A stretch of 61,781 bases of DNA, the filler included, from Chloroflexota bacterium (GTDB lineage: Bacteria; Chloroflexota; Chloroflexia; QHBQ01), in NCBI GenBank assembly GCA_043754535.1. It is 6 parts of 6 records of this genome, joined end to end, with 100 filler letters (N's around TTAATTAATTAA, not from the genome) between each part and the next. Parts side by side here need not be neighbours in the genome. Positions count along the whole stretch, not along the records: positions 22,719 to 42,564 come from JAYUUN010000003.1; positions 42,665 to 49,172 come from JAYUUN010000004.1; 4 more parts are not named here. One strand, 5' to 3'. The notes beneath the pieces were generated by a model. The model searched no databases and had not been told where the DNA came from. It saw nothing but the letters and a program-made list of their open reading frames with translations. Shown here one piece after another: positions 40,699-49,272 of this stretch. The position numbers were made by a program, and so were the translations under genes. Positions within the stretch are counted from its first letter, which is position 1; every line of letters begins with the position of its first letter.

Positions 40699-41472
40699 TT
40701 AGCCCGCGCTCAAGCCGCCTAGTAGCCATTGCCAGCCAAACTCTAGCAGCGGCAGGGGAGTGGCGTGGTAGCCGGGGTGCGAGATGAAGGCCAGGCGGTC
40801 TGGCTCACCCACATACAGGGGGCTGAGGGCGTGGTAGAGGTGCTGCTGTCCCGCATAGGGTACTATGTCATCGCGCTCACCATGGACTAGCAGCAGGCGG
40901 CGGGGGTAGAAGCTACTGAGGTGCTTAAGCGGGTCGAGGTTAGCAGCAAGGGCGGCCAGTTCCTCCACCCCATCTACGTGACCGAAGCGGCGTAGGAGGT
41001 CGTCGCTGTAGTCGGCCCCACCACAGACCGAGAAGATCGGGTCGAAGCGGCGGTCGTGGCTGGCGACGGCCAGTGCGACGTAGCCCCCCATCGAGCCACC
41101 CTTCAGCCCCAAACTGCCGTTGCACAATGCAGGCTGGGCCAGCAGATAGTCGGCTACCACGCTGACATCACGCGCCGTACCAGCAATGATGTGGTAGAAG
41201 TCCCAGGGGTCGGGCGGGTCAAGCAGCACTGCTGGGTTCTTGCGTTCGCCATGAGCGCGAGCATCAATATTGACAACCGTCACCCCCGCAGCGGCTATGC
41301 GCACCGCCTCCTCCAGGTGGTCGTCCTTGCTGCCAGCATAGCCATGCACGATGATCACTGCTGGCGGGCTGTCCACCCCCGTTGGCCGCACAATGATCGT
41401 CGGGATTGGCTCCTCACCCGCGATCCTCAGCCACTCCACTGTTACTTTGCCTGGTGCCTGGTTCATCTCCAT
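40699..41472 (-). CDS. Alpha/beta hydrolase (YjfP/esterase-like)
   Basis: VHG, GGSMGG nucleophile, HGERDDIVP, GYH. Confidence 0.88.
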   Translation of the reverse strand: MEMNQAPGKVTVEWLRIAGEEPIPTIIVRPTGVDSPPAVIIVHGYAGSKDDHLEEAVRIAAAGVTVVNIDARAHGERKNPAVLLDPPDPWDFYHIIAGTARDVSVVADYLLAQPALCNGSLGLKGGSMGGYVALAVASHDRRFDPIFSVCGGADYSDDLLRRFGHVDGVEELAALAANLDPLKHLSSFYPRRLLLVHGERDDIVPYAGQQHLYHALSPLYVGEPDRLAFISHPGYHATPLPLLEFGWQWLLGGLSAG

Positions 41473-41551
41473 ATCATTCTCCCCCTGGTGGATTAACTTT
41501 GCGGAATAGGAGGCAAGAAGAATGCCCCTCTAGTGGAGGAGCATTAAAGGG

Positions 41552-41622
41552 CTGGGCTACAGGGATTCGAACCCCAACTTACTGATCCAGAATCAGCTGT
41601 CCTGCCGTTAGACGATAGCCCA
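41552..41622 (-). tRNA. tRNA-Gln(CTG), CCA not encoded
   Basis: TGGGCTA/TAGCCCA acceptor stem, anticodon arm CTGA-TTCTGGA-TCAG, GGTTCGAATCC T-loop. Confidence 0.95.
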
Positions 41623-41711
41623 ATCTGCTTGCGCGCCCTCATTATAACCCAGCCTCCCCACCCTTGTCAAGCCAGTTGCGTCCAGGGGTGCAGTCGGATA
41701 GAATAGGGGCC

Positions 41712-42002
41712 ATGAACATTGAACTCAACCAGCCGCTGATCATCCAGGCTCTGGTCTATCTCCTCTTTGGCGCAGGCTTCGGCTTGCTGGGCGAGGTAGT
41801 GGTGGGGCGGCCTCTGCTCTTTAACTTTGTGGGTAGCATTGCGGTGGCCGCCGTCGGTGCCTGGGCCGCCGCCAGCTACCTGCCCTTTGCCTTGCCCAAC
41901 GAGATCGTCTACCAACAGGTGCCGCTCTACCGGGCTGCCCTGGGCGCATTGCTAGCAACTGTAGTCTGGCTGCTCCTCTTTGGCAGGCGTAGGCGACGCT
42001 GA
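41712..42002 (+). CDS. GlsB/YeaQ/YmgE-like small membrane protein
   Basis: Three Gly-rich TM helices, basic tail. Confidence 0.65.
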   Translation: MNIELNQPLIIQALVYLLFGAGFGLLGEVVVGRPLLFNFVGSIAVAAVGAWAAASYLPFALPNEIVYQQVPLYRAALGALLATVVWLLLFGRRRRR

Positions 42003-42107
42003 GAGTGAGGTGGCGTGCTGTATGAACTAGTCAGCCCTTGCCCAACAGTAGCAGCCAGGCGAACCTGAAAACTGGCAATTGTCACTGTACAATTTCAGAC
42101 CCTGTTC

Positions 42108-42136
42108 TTGACACAATCTACACTCTGTGCTATGAT
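42108..42136 (+). promoter_or_regulatory. Sigma70 promoter upstream of the hspR-like gene
   Basis: TTGACA-17 nt-TATGAT with extended TG. Confidence 0.7.
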
Positions 42137-42188
42137 CGGGCTGAGATGGCATGGAAAATGATTAGCAGAGAAGGAGCCGAGGTAGGCT

Positions 42189-42564
42189 ATGGAAGATAGC
42201 AAGGCAGACGGATCGCAGGGCAGCCAGCTAGCGGAGAAGGCGAGTGACGGATCAGCACAGGTTAGCCCCTCGTTTGGTACCCCGCGCCTGGGCGGTAGCC
42301 GCATCAGTGCCGATAAGCCAGTTTTCACCCTGAGCGTAGCCGCCGACATCTTGGGGCTGCACCCACGCACGCTGCGGATCTATGAGGAGCATGAACTGGT
42401 CGTCCCTGATCGCACCCCGACCAAGCGGCGGCGGTACTCGCTGAACGACATCCGCAAGTTTCAGTTCATTCAGCATCTTACGCACGACCTCGGCGTGAAC
42501 CTGGCTGGCGTGCAGATCATCTTGGAGATGCTCGACGAACTGGGCAAGCACGGCCTCGACTACA
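42189..42564 (+). CDS. hspR: MerR-family heat-shock repressor HspR-like (3' truncated)
   Basis: PVFTLSVAADILGLHPRTLRIYE...RRYS...LGVNLAGV. Confidence 0.85.
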
Positions 42565-42664
42565 NNNNNNNNNNNNNNNNNNNNNNNNNNNNNNNNNNNN
42601 NNNNNNNNTTAATTAATTAANNNNNNNNNNNNNNNNNNNNNNNNNNNNNNNNNNNNNNNNNNNN

Positions 42665-42950
42665 ACACACTCACCATCTGGTCAGGCCCCAACACCGATC
42701 AGCCTATGGTCGCGCCATGCTGCGTGGCTGTTTGGCTGAGCTACGTGGTCTGTCCGAAGGCGAACGCAACGACAAGTTGTACCTCGTCAGCCTACGGCTG
42801 GGCCGGGCCGTTGCGGGTGGGTTGCTGGACGAACGGCTGGTACGGGGTGAGCTTGAGGCGGCGGGGTGCAGCATGGGGCTGGCGAGCCGGGAAGTGCGCG
42901 ACACAGTGCGCAGTGGCTTGCGTGCTGGAGCGTGGCGACCACTCCGCTAA
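42665..42950 (+). CDS. C-terminal fragment of a mobile-element primase/prim-pol-like protein (5' truncated)
   Basis: EGERNDKLY...LGRAVAGGLL...TVRSGLRAG helical domain typical of prim-pol C-termini. Confidence 0.6.
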
Positions 42951-45900
42951 CCTCGCCCCAGTTGGAAATCGCTCAAGATAGTGACCCAAAGCTGATGATG
43001 TTCAGCTCGCACATCCAGGTCTTGTTCAACCAAAGCGGTGTAGTTCCGCAGGAACTCGTCCGGCTCCACGATCAAACGCAGATAGTACAAGATGCTCCGA
43101 CTCAGCCCGTTGACCACGATCTGGCAGCCAGTCTGCTGCTCCACTGCCCCTACCTTAGCCTCAACCGTGCTACGGCTCTCCGCAGCCATGTACTGCTCCC
43201 GCGTGGACAAGATGTAGTAGCGGTCTACGGCTCGGCCACCAAACCTCGCTGGCTGTAGCTCCTGCACTAGCTTATCCACCATTGCCGTCGTGATCAACTG
43301 GTCAGATTTGACTTCCACTGCCTCAAACGGTGTACCATCCAGTCTGCCTACTTGGACATCGCCAATCCGCCCTTTCTTGTCGTTGCCAGTGTGCCTACCC
43401 AATGGTTGCAGGCTGGCATCCTGATAGCGCGGTAGCTGCTGTACCAGGCATTGGTATATGGCGTAGACTGCCAGTTCTGGCAAGCGGGCGCGACCGTTGC
43501 CCTTTGCCTGTTGGTAATGTTCCATCACCAGATCATGTATTTGCTTGATCGTCAATCCTTGCAGTGGCACGTGGTCGTAGCTTAGCTTCGCTTTGCTCTG
43601 CAAATCCAACGCCAGCAACACCACGATGATCGGTAGCGGCGCAACCCCTTCCTCCTGCACTGCGTGGAGGATGCCCTTGTAGGCTGCCAAGCTACCTGTC
43701 CCCCGTGTTTTGCCGATAAAGCTCAGATCATGGGGGAACGGTCGCTCCAAGTTGCGCCCACTCTCCATGCCACTCGCTGCACTATGAGTCAGCCCGTGTT
43801 CCTTAAGGAAAGGGGTGATGTTCTGCTGGTCGGTGTTGCGGTTGGAGTAACCTCCTTCCATGTCCGCCTGTATTTTGCGGATGTCCTGCTGCGGCACCAC
43901 GATCTTCTGCACCAACCCGGTTAGCAAGATGCTGAAGATGTACTTGCTCGCTTTCAAGTTCGCCATGATGGTTGCTACTCCCGCCGCCACGTTCATACCG
44001 CTGAGCATGATTACACCAGCCTCCAGCTTCTTTAGCGGGTGGTTCAGGGCGGGATGCTTGCTGATGTACTCGTTGATCGCCGCCTGCGGCTCTGTGCTGT
44101 CTACCAATGCTTGTGCCACATCGTATGCTTGGGTCAAGACGGCAACGTATTGGCTACGCTCGGCCATGTTCTTCTGCTCTCCTTTCCAGCTTACGGACAC
44201 TTGCTTGTCAATGTTGGTGGTGAACGGGTAGCAGCAACGGAAGTAGCCGAGCGGGATCGTTGTGTTGGTTTCACGCACCCGCACGTCGAAGCGTAGGCTA
44301 CGGAGGTAGTGGGCTACCGCTGACAGGTCGAACGGTTTATCACCCTCAGCCGCATACAGGTCAGCCAACTCCGCAGCGGGCAACACCGCAGCAGGCAGAG
44401 GGCTGACTCCAAAGCGTTGCGCGAAGCGGAGTGGGAAGCTAGGTTGGGCAGTCAACACGTCTAGCTTGAGGGTGAAGCTGGGGTGCGGCTCGGTGAAGTG
44501 GCCGTACACGTCCATCATCGCACGATAGCCAGAGTGAGAGGCCAGGTAATCTTCAATTGCGTCCCACGCCACTGCAATGTCGTCGCCAGCCATCGACCGC
44601 AGTACACACACGATCTGCTCAAGGCCATCACCCACTGCTGAGTGGAACTTGAGCGTATAGCGTAGCACCGGCTTCGGTACCTCCTGAGTGTCGAGGCGCA
44701 CTACCTGAATGGTGCAGCAGCTACCGTCACGTTCACTGGTGAAGCGGTAAACTGCACCATTGGCTGGGGTGCTGTCAGTAGTTGGTGTGCGGTGGCGCAG
44801 TGTGGGGTAGTGCCACCAAGTCTCGGTGCAGCCGTCTGCTTGCTGGTCGGGCAGCGGCCTCGCTGGGGACTGCGCGGCTTGAGCAGCAAACTCCAGGTGT
44901 TCACGGCGCGTAGCCTGTGCCTTGCGCGACTTGCGACGGTCGAAGGCGGGTGTAGAAGTCGGCTCCGCCAGGCTGATGTTGTTCGGCACGGCAAAGACTT
45001 GGTTTAGCACCGACTCCGCCAAGCGTTCAGCAAACAGCGGCGGCACCGAGTTGCCGATCTGATGCAGTACCGCACCTGCACCGCCAGCCAGTTCGTAGTC
45101 GTCGGGGAAGCTCTGTAGCCGCTTGAACTCAGCGGCGGTGAAGCGGCGGTTCTTCCAGTGAAAAGGGCCAGAGTAAGCACCAAGTTGAGCCACCACCGTT
45201 CGCACTGGTTGGTCAGGGTCAGCTTTGTAGAGGAAGTCCGAGAAGCGCGACCGCCAGGCAAAGACCGGCTGCGGGTGGCCCATCTCCTTTGTGAAGTAGC
45301 TGTAGTTGCGACCGGGCGGCACCTCGGCTAGCAGGTGGCCGTGCTTACCGCCAAGCTGGTGCAACGGCTCGTTCGGCGGTTGCAGGTTCGTAATCGCCTG
45401 TATTGCGCTCACGTACTGCTGCCCAGTAGGGGAGTCGGGGCCATGCGTCGGGCTGGGGAAACGCACTGTCCCTTGTCGGGTACCGATCAGGATCACTCGT
45501 TCACGGTGCTGAGGTACGCCATACTCTGCCGTATCCAGCACCTTGTAACTCAGCTGGTAGCCAATATGGGCAAAGGCCGCCAGCACCAACTGCCAGTCGC
45601 GTCCTCGGTTGGTGCCGAGGATGCCGCGCACATTCTCGAACAGAAAACCACGTGGCTGGTAGTGTTCAACCAGACGACAGTAGGAAGTGAACAGATCGCC
45701 ACGCGGGTCTTCATAGCCATCGCCACCGCCAACTCGGCGGGCAATGGCGGAGAAGCTCTGGCAGGGAGGCCCACCAATGATGAAGTCAATCTGCTGCGCC
45801 CGAATGTCGGTGGGTCTGACCTCGCGGATGTCGCGGTTGATGATCTGGCAGTCGGGCGGCAGGTAGCGGCTTCGGTTGAGAGCCAGCGTTTTGCAGCAAA

Positions 45901-46075
45901 CCTCGTCGAGTTCAACATAGGCCACGATCTTAAATCCGGCTCGGTGGAAGCCGATGTCGAGACCACCCGCTCCACTGAACAGCGAGAGGGTGGCTGGGTG
46001 GAGGAGAGGGGCTGGTGGGTTTGTTTCCACACCCATTGGTAGGAGCAGATCAAACAGCGAGGCTCGTGGCTGCAT
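42947..46075 (-). CDS. C5-cytosine DNA methyltransferase fused to a C-terminal PD-(D/E)xK-like nuclease domain
   Basis: SLFSGAGG, GGPPCQ, FENV, QHRER, QIGNSV MTase motifs; C-terminal GDVQ...FEAVEVK. Confidence 0.88.
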   Translation of the reverse strand: MQPRASLFDLLLPMGVETNPPAPLLHPATLSLFSGAGGLDIGFHRAGFKIVAYVELDEVCCKTLALNRSRYLPPDCQIINRDIREVRPTDIRAQQIDFIIGGPPCQSFSAIARRVGGGDGYEDPRGDLFTSYCRLVEHYQPRGFLFENVRGILGTNRGRDWQLVLAAFAHIGYQLSYKVLDTAEYGVPQHRERVILIGTRQGTVRFPSPTHGPDSPTGQQYVSAIQAITNLQPPNEPLHQLGGKHGHLLAEVPPGRNYSYFTKEMGHPQPVFAWRSRFSDFLYKADPDQPVRTVVAQLGAYSGPFHWKNRRFTAAEFKRLQSFPDDYELAGGAGAVLHQIGNSVPPLFAERLAESVLNQVFAVPNNISLAEPTSTPAFDRRKSRKAQATRREHLEFAAQAAQSPARPLPDQQADGCTETWWHYPTLRHRTPTTDSTPANGAVYRFTSERDGSCCTIQVVRLDTQEVPKPVLRYTLKFHSAVGDGLEQIVCVLRSMAGDDIAVAWDAIEDYLASHSGYRAMMDVYGHFTEPHPSFTLKLDVLTAQPSFPLRFAQRFGVSPLPAAVLPAAELADLYAAEGDKPFDLSAVAHYLRSLRFDVRVRETNTTIPLGYFRCCYPFTTNIDKQVSVSWKGEQKNMAERSQYVAVLTQAYDVAQALVDSTEPQAAINEYISKHPALNHPLKKLEAGVIMLSGMNVAAGVATIMANLKASKYIFSILLTGLVQKIVVPQQDIRKIQADMEGGYSNRNTDQQNITPFLKEHGLTHSAASGMESGRNLERPFPHDLSFIGKTRGTGSLAAYKGILHAVQEEGVAPLPIIVVLLALDLQSKAKLSYDHVPLQGLTIKQIHDLVMEHYQQAKGNGRARLPELAVYAIYQCLVQQLPRYQDASLQPLGRHTGNDKKGRIGDVQVGRLDGTPFEAVEVKSDQLITTAMVDKLVQELQPARFGGRAVDRYYILSTREQYMAAESRSTVEAKVGAVEQQTGCQIVVNGLSRSILYYLRLIVEPDEFLRNYTALVEQDLDVRAEHHQLWVTILSDFQLGRG

Positions 46076-46312
46076 GGCATTACGCCTAAAAGGTTAATGT
46101 AGGTGGGTGAGATCGCACAGGTGTGCGGTTCAGCACATTATAGTGAAGTGCGTTGCTGCTGTCAACACGCTACCTGAACAAAGGTAATGATGTGCATGAC
46201 CTCAGCCGCCGGTCAAGGGCCGCCTTCGGCCCTTGCCTCCGGCAGCTTGCTGGTAGGGTGAGGCAGTGGTGGACGAGCCGCTGACCTACATCACCTACAA
46301 GGAGCTTTAACC

Positions 46313-46543
46313 ATGAATGCTCAACTCGACTCCACCACCCGCCAGCAGCTTGCCCAAGCTGCCAACAACTGCCTGATCACCCTCGCGGACGACGGTGTGC
46401 TGACCATCCTGATCGACACCCGTCGCAACCTCGGCCCCTCCAGCAGCGGCAAGACCACGATCATCGCCTCTACCGGCGCAGGTGACAAGCTGACCATTGG
46501 TGGCAAGCAGGCTACTATCGGGCTTAACGTCTACACCAAGTGA
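46313..46543 (+). CDS. Small hypothetical protein of mobile elements
   Basis: AAGGAG RBS; GPSSSGKTTIIASTG...IGLNVY conserved-looking motif. Confidence 0.7.
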   Translation: MNAQLDSTTRQQLAQAANNCLITLADDGVLTILIDTRRNLGPSSSGKTTIIASTGAGDKLTIGGKQATIGLNVYTK

Positions 46544-46693
46544 CGCAGGGGCGCAGGGGCAAGGCCAGAAACCGCCTTGCCTGCCTGCGCCTGTCGGGAA
46601 CATGAGCCGAGCCGCGGCGGTGAGGGTGATGACCAGCCTGCACCCCGCGGCTTCGCTTTGCCTGTCAACCTCTATCCTGGAAGGAGCATCCCC

Positions 46694-46972
46694 ATGAGTT
46701 ATCTACCCCAGTCGTACCAGCCTGACGACAGCTTCAGCATCGTGCCGCCCGAAGAAGCCCTTACCACTATCGTGGATGAGCTTGCTGCCGTGCAGCAGGA
46801 AGTCAGCGACCTGCTGATTAGTCTTGGGCATCCTGACCTACCGGCCAAAACCGTTACCGCCATGCGCAGCCAGCTTGAGGTGGCGCAGACCGCTCTGGCT
46901 GAAGCGCGCAAGCAGGGCCGCAAGGCCGTCACCATCCTCGCTGCCATCACCGTGCAGGAGCGTAGGTCATGA
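46694..46972 (+). CDS. Hypothetical coiled-coil protein
   Basis: AAGGAG RBS; ATGA overlap with the next gene. Confidence 0.7.
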   Translation: MSYLPQSYQPDDSFSIVPPEEALTTIVDELAAVQQEVSDLLISLGHPDLPAKTVTAMRSQLEVAQTALAEARKQGRKAVTILAAITVQERRS

Positions 46973-47271
46973 CCACGGGGCTGACCCTGCGCCAACTACT
47001 TGCTAGCTACTTCGCTGACCATGAGCAACCCAACCCCAGCCTGCTAGAGGCTGCGCTGCTCGACGAACCTGCACCTACTGACGATGAGTGGGTCGGCCTA
47101 CCCTACCGTAGCTACATCTACCGACTGGCCGAGCGGCACCACGTAGATACCGACTTGCTAGCGCAAGCTGTGCGCTACGGCCTCGTCATGCACCGGCTGC
47201 GCCAGCCTGCCGCTCAGCCTCTTACCTTCTTTTGCTTTGCCCCTGACCAGGAAACTGAGGAACAACCATGA
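46969..47271 (+). CDS. Hypothetical protein
   Basis: ATGA overlaps on both sides. Confidence 0.65.
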   Translation: MTTGLTLRQLLASYFADHEQPNPSLLEAALLDEPAPTDDEWVGLPYRSYIYRLAERHHVDTDLLAQAVRYGLVMHRLRQPAAQPLTFFCFAPDQETEEQP

Positions 47272-48614
47272 CCATCGCTACACTACCTGCTGCTCCAACT
47301 GGGTTGTCGCCACTGTCGTCGGCCAGCCGCCCAGCTACCCAGTCCCAACCTACCGCTGAACCACCTACCAGCCAGCCAGAGCAACAGTTTAGTCCGCTGG
47401 AACGCCAACGCCGTGCCATTGCCACTGCTCTCGGTGAGCAGCACATCAGCCTGCTTGAGCCGCGCTGGTTGTCGCTCATGCGTGAAGGGGTGATCGTCAC
47501 CGTGCGCATCACCCGCTGGCGGGCGGTCGGCAAGTTGTCGCCTGCCGACCTCGGCCTACCCGAAGCTGAAGCCACCGACCTGATCGAACTGGGCGAGAAG
47601 CGGCTGCTGCCCCGTCGCCTGCTGGACGCGCTCAACAGCGTGGAGAGCAACGCCCGCAAGTGTCTCGCTCGTCATGCCTATACCACCTTCTGGGGCTACT
47701 TCGTGCCTGCCGCCAACTACCAGCAGTGGAAGCAGGAAGATGCTGAGTACCAGCGCAAGTATCTGCAACTCCGCGATGAGTTGGTGGCTGGCTACGACGA
47801 CATCAAGGCTGAACTCCTTGCTGACTATGCGGCGCAGGCACGGCTGGCCTACCGCCGGGCTGCCTTGCTTGAGCCTAAGCCGATGACTGGGGGGGAGTAC
47901 CGTGAGGAAGCGAAGTTCGTGCAGAGCTTCACCCAGCGCGTGGCCGACCTCATCCCCAGTATGCAGACCATCCGCGACAGCTTCAGCTACACCGTCGGCC
48001 TGAGCTACGTGCCGCTGCCCAGCCTGCTGGCCGAGGATGAAGCAGCCGCTGCCCGCATCCGTACTGATGCTCGTGATGAGCAGGTGCAGGCCGAGGCGAG
48101 GCGGCTGCTGGAGCGCGAGGTGATGCAGCAGGCCCAGGCCAAGAAGGTCGAACTGGTGGATGGCTTCCTTGCCAATCTGGTTGGGCAGCTACGCGGGTTG
48201 GTCTACAACGTTGCCACCGACGTACTCGCCAGCATCCAGCACAACGACGGCAAGCTGCTGGGCAAGTCCGCCGACCAGCTACGCAACCTGGTGGCAAGGG
48301 TCGGCAGCCTGAACTTCTTTGGCGACGAGGAGGTGGATGCCGCCAGCCGCCGAGTTGAGGAACTGTTGGAGGTCAAGCCCAAGCAGCGCGACGTGGCCGA
48401 ACTACAGGGGCAGCTACAGGCAGTTGCCACCCTCACCCGCGCCACCCTGCTCGACCTGGGCGAACAGCCACGTTCCGCCCGCACGTTGGGGGTGGAGGAT
48501 GCGCCGACCGAAGCCGCCGTGGTGCAGGCTCGCCGCACGCTGGGGGTCGAAGCTGCCGCTGAAGCGGTGGTGCTGCCTGCCCGCCGTGACGTTGCCATCC
48601 AAGATGCTGATTAG
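47268..48614 (+). CDS. DUF3150-like helical protein of integrative/conjugative elements
   Basis: LGEKRLLP...ARKCLARHAY...GYFVP pattern; family assignment by resemblance. Confidence 0.6.
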   Translation: MTIATLPAAPTGLSPLSSASRPATQSQPTAEPPTSQPEQQFSPLERQRRAIATALGEQHISLLEPRWLSLMREGVIVTVRITRWRAVGKLSPADLGLPEAEATDLIELGEKRLLPRRLLDALNSVESNARKCLARHAYTTFWGYFVPAANYQQWKQEDAEYQRKYLQLRDELVAGYDDIKAELLADYAAQARLAYRRAALLEPKPMTGGEYREEAKFVQSFTQRVADLIPSMQTIRDSFSYTVGLSYVPLPSLLAEDEAAAARIRTDARDEQVQAEARRLLEREVMQQAQAKKVELVDGFLANLVGQLRGLVYNVATDVLASIQHNDGKLLGKSADQLRNLVARVGSLNFFGDEEVDAASRRVEELLEVKPKQRDVAELQGQLQAVATLTRATLLDLGEQPRSARTLGVEDAPTEAAVVQARRTLGVEAAAEAVVLPARRDVAIQDAD

Positions 48615-48636
48615 CGACAAGTAAAGGAGCATAGCC

Positions 48637-49047
48637 ATGCCATGTAATGCGATTGCCACCGTGACAGGTGGCGTGACCGACGAGACCTTGCGCCGCCTGC
48701 TTGAGCAGCACCAGCAGCCGGTCAGGGCTACCATCGCCAGCTACCTGCGCCAGCGGTTCAACACCGAGGTCGAAGAACGACCAACGACCCAGCCCGGCTT
48801 CAGCTTGCGGGTGGGCGGTTACCCCGGTCTGCTCGTCACCGTGACCAGCGGCAGCAAGCTGCGGGTTGAGGCTGGCAGCGGGCGGTTGGCTGAGGCCGAA
48901 CAACTTACTGCCGAACTGAGCGCGCTACTAACCCTGCTCGGTCAGCAGTTGTTCGAGCAGGCAGTGGCGGACTTCATCCAGACCAACTACAAGGTGGAGC
49001 AGAGCCAGCGGGTCGCTGACCAGTTGGTGATCACCTTTAACATCTAA
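48637..49047 (+). CDS. Hypothetical protein
   Basis: AAGGAG RBS, co-oriented operon. Confidence 0.65.
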   Translation: MPCNAIATVTGGVTDETLRRLLEQHQQPVRATIASYLRQRFNTEVEERPTTQPGFSLRVGGYPGLLVTVTSGSKLRVEAGSGRLAEAEQLTAELSALLTLLGQQLFEQAVADFIQTNYKVEQSQRVADQLVITFNI

Positions 49048-49063
49048 GCAAGGAGCAACAACC

Positions 49064-49172
49064 ATGCGGGTACGTATCGTAGTCAAGGAGGGCAAGGTGG
49101 GCTTCTTCACCGAAACCGGCAGCTTTGTCGAAGGTGGGCAGGCCATCTTCGCCCTCAAGCAGCAGCTTGGCC
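49064..49172 (+). CDS. Small hypothetical protein, DUF2997-like (3' truncated)
   Basis: AAGGAG RBS, MRVRIVVKEGKVGFFTETGSF. Confidence 0.5.
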
Positions 49173-49272
49173 NNNNNNNNNNNNNNNNNNNNNNNNNNNN
49201 NNNNNNNNNNNNNNNNTTAATTAATTAANNNNNNNNNNNNNNNNNNNNNNNNNNNNNNNNNNNNNNNNNNNN

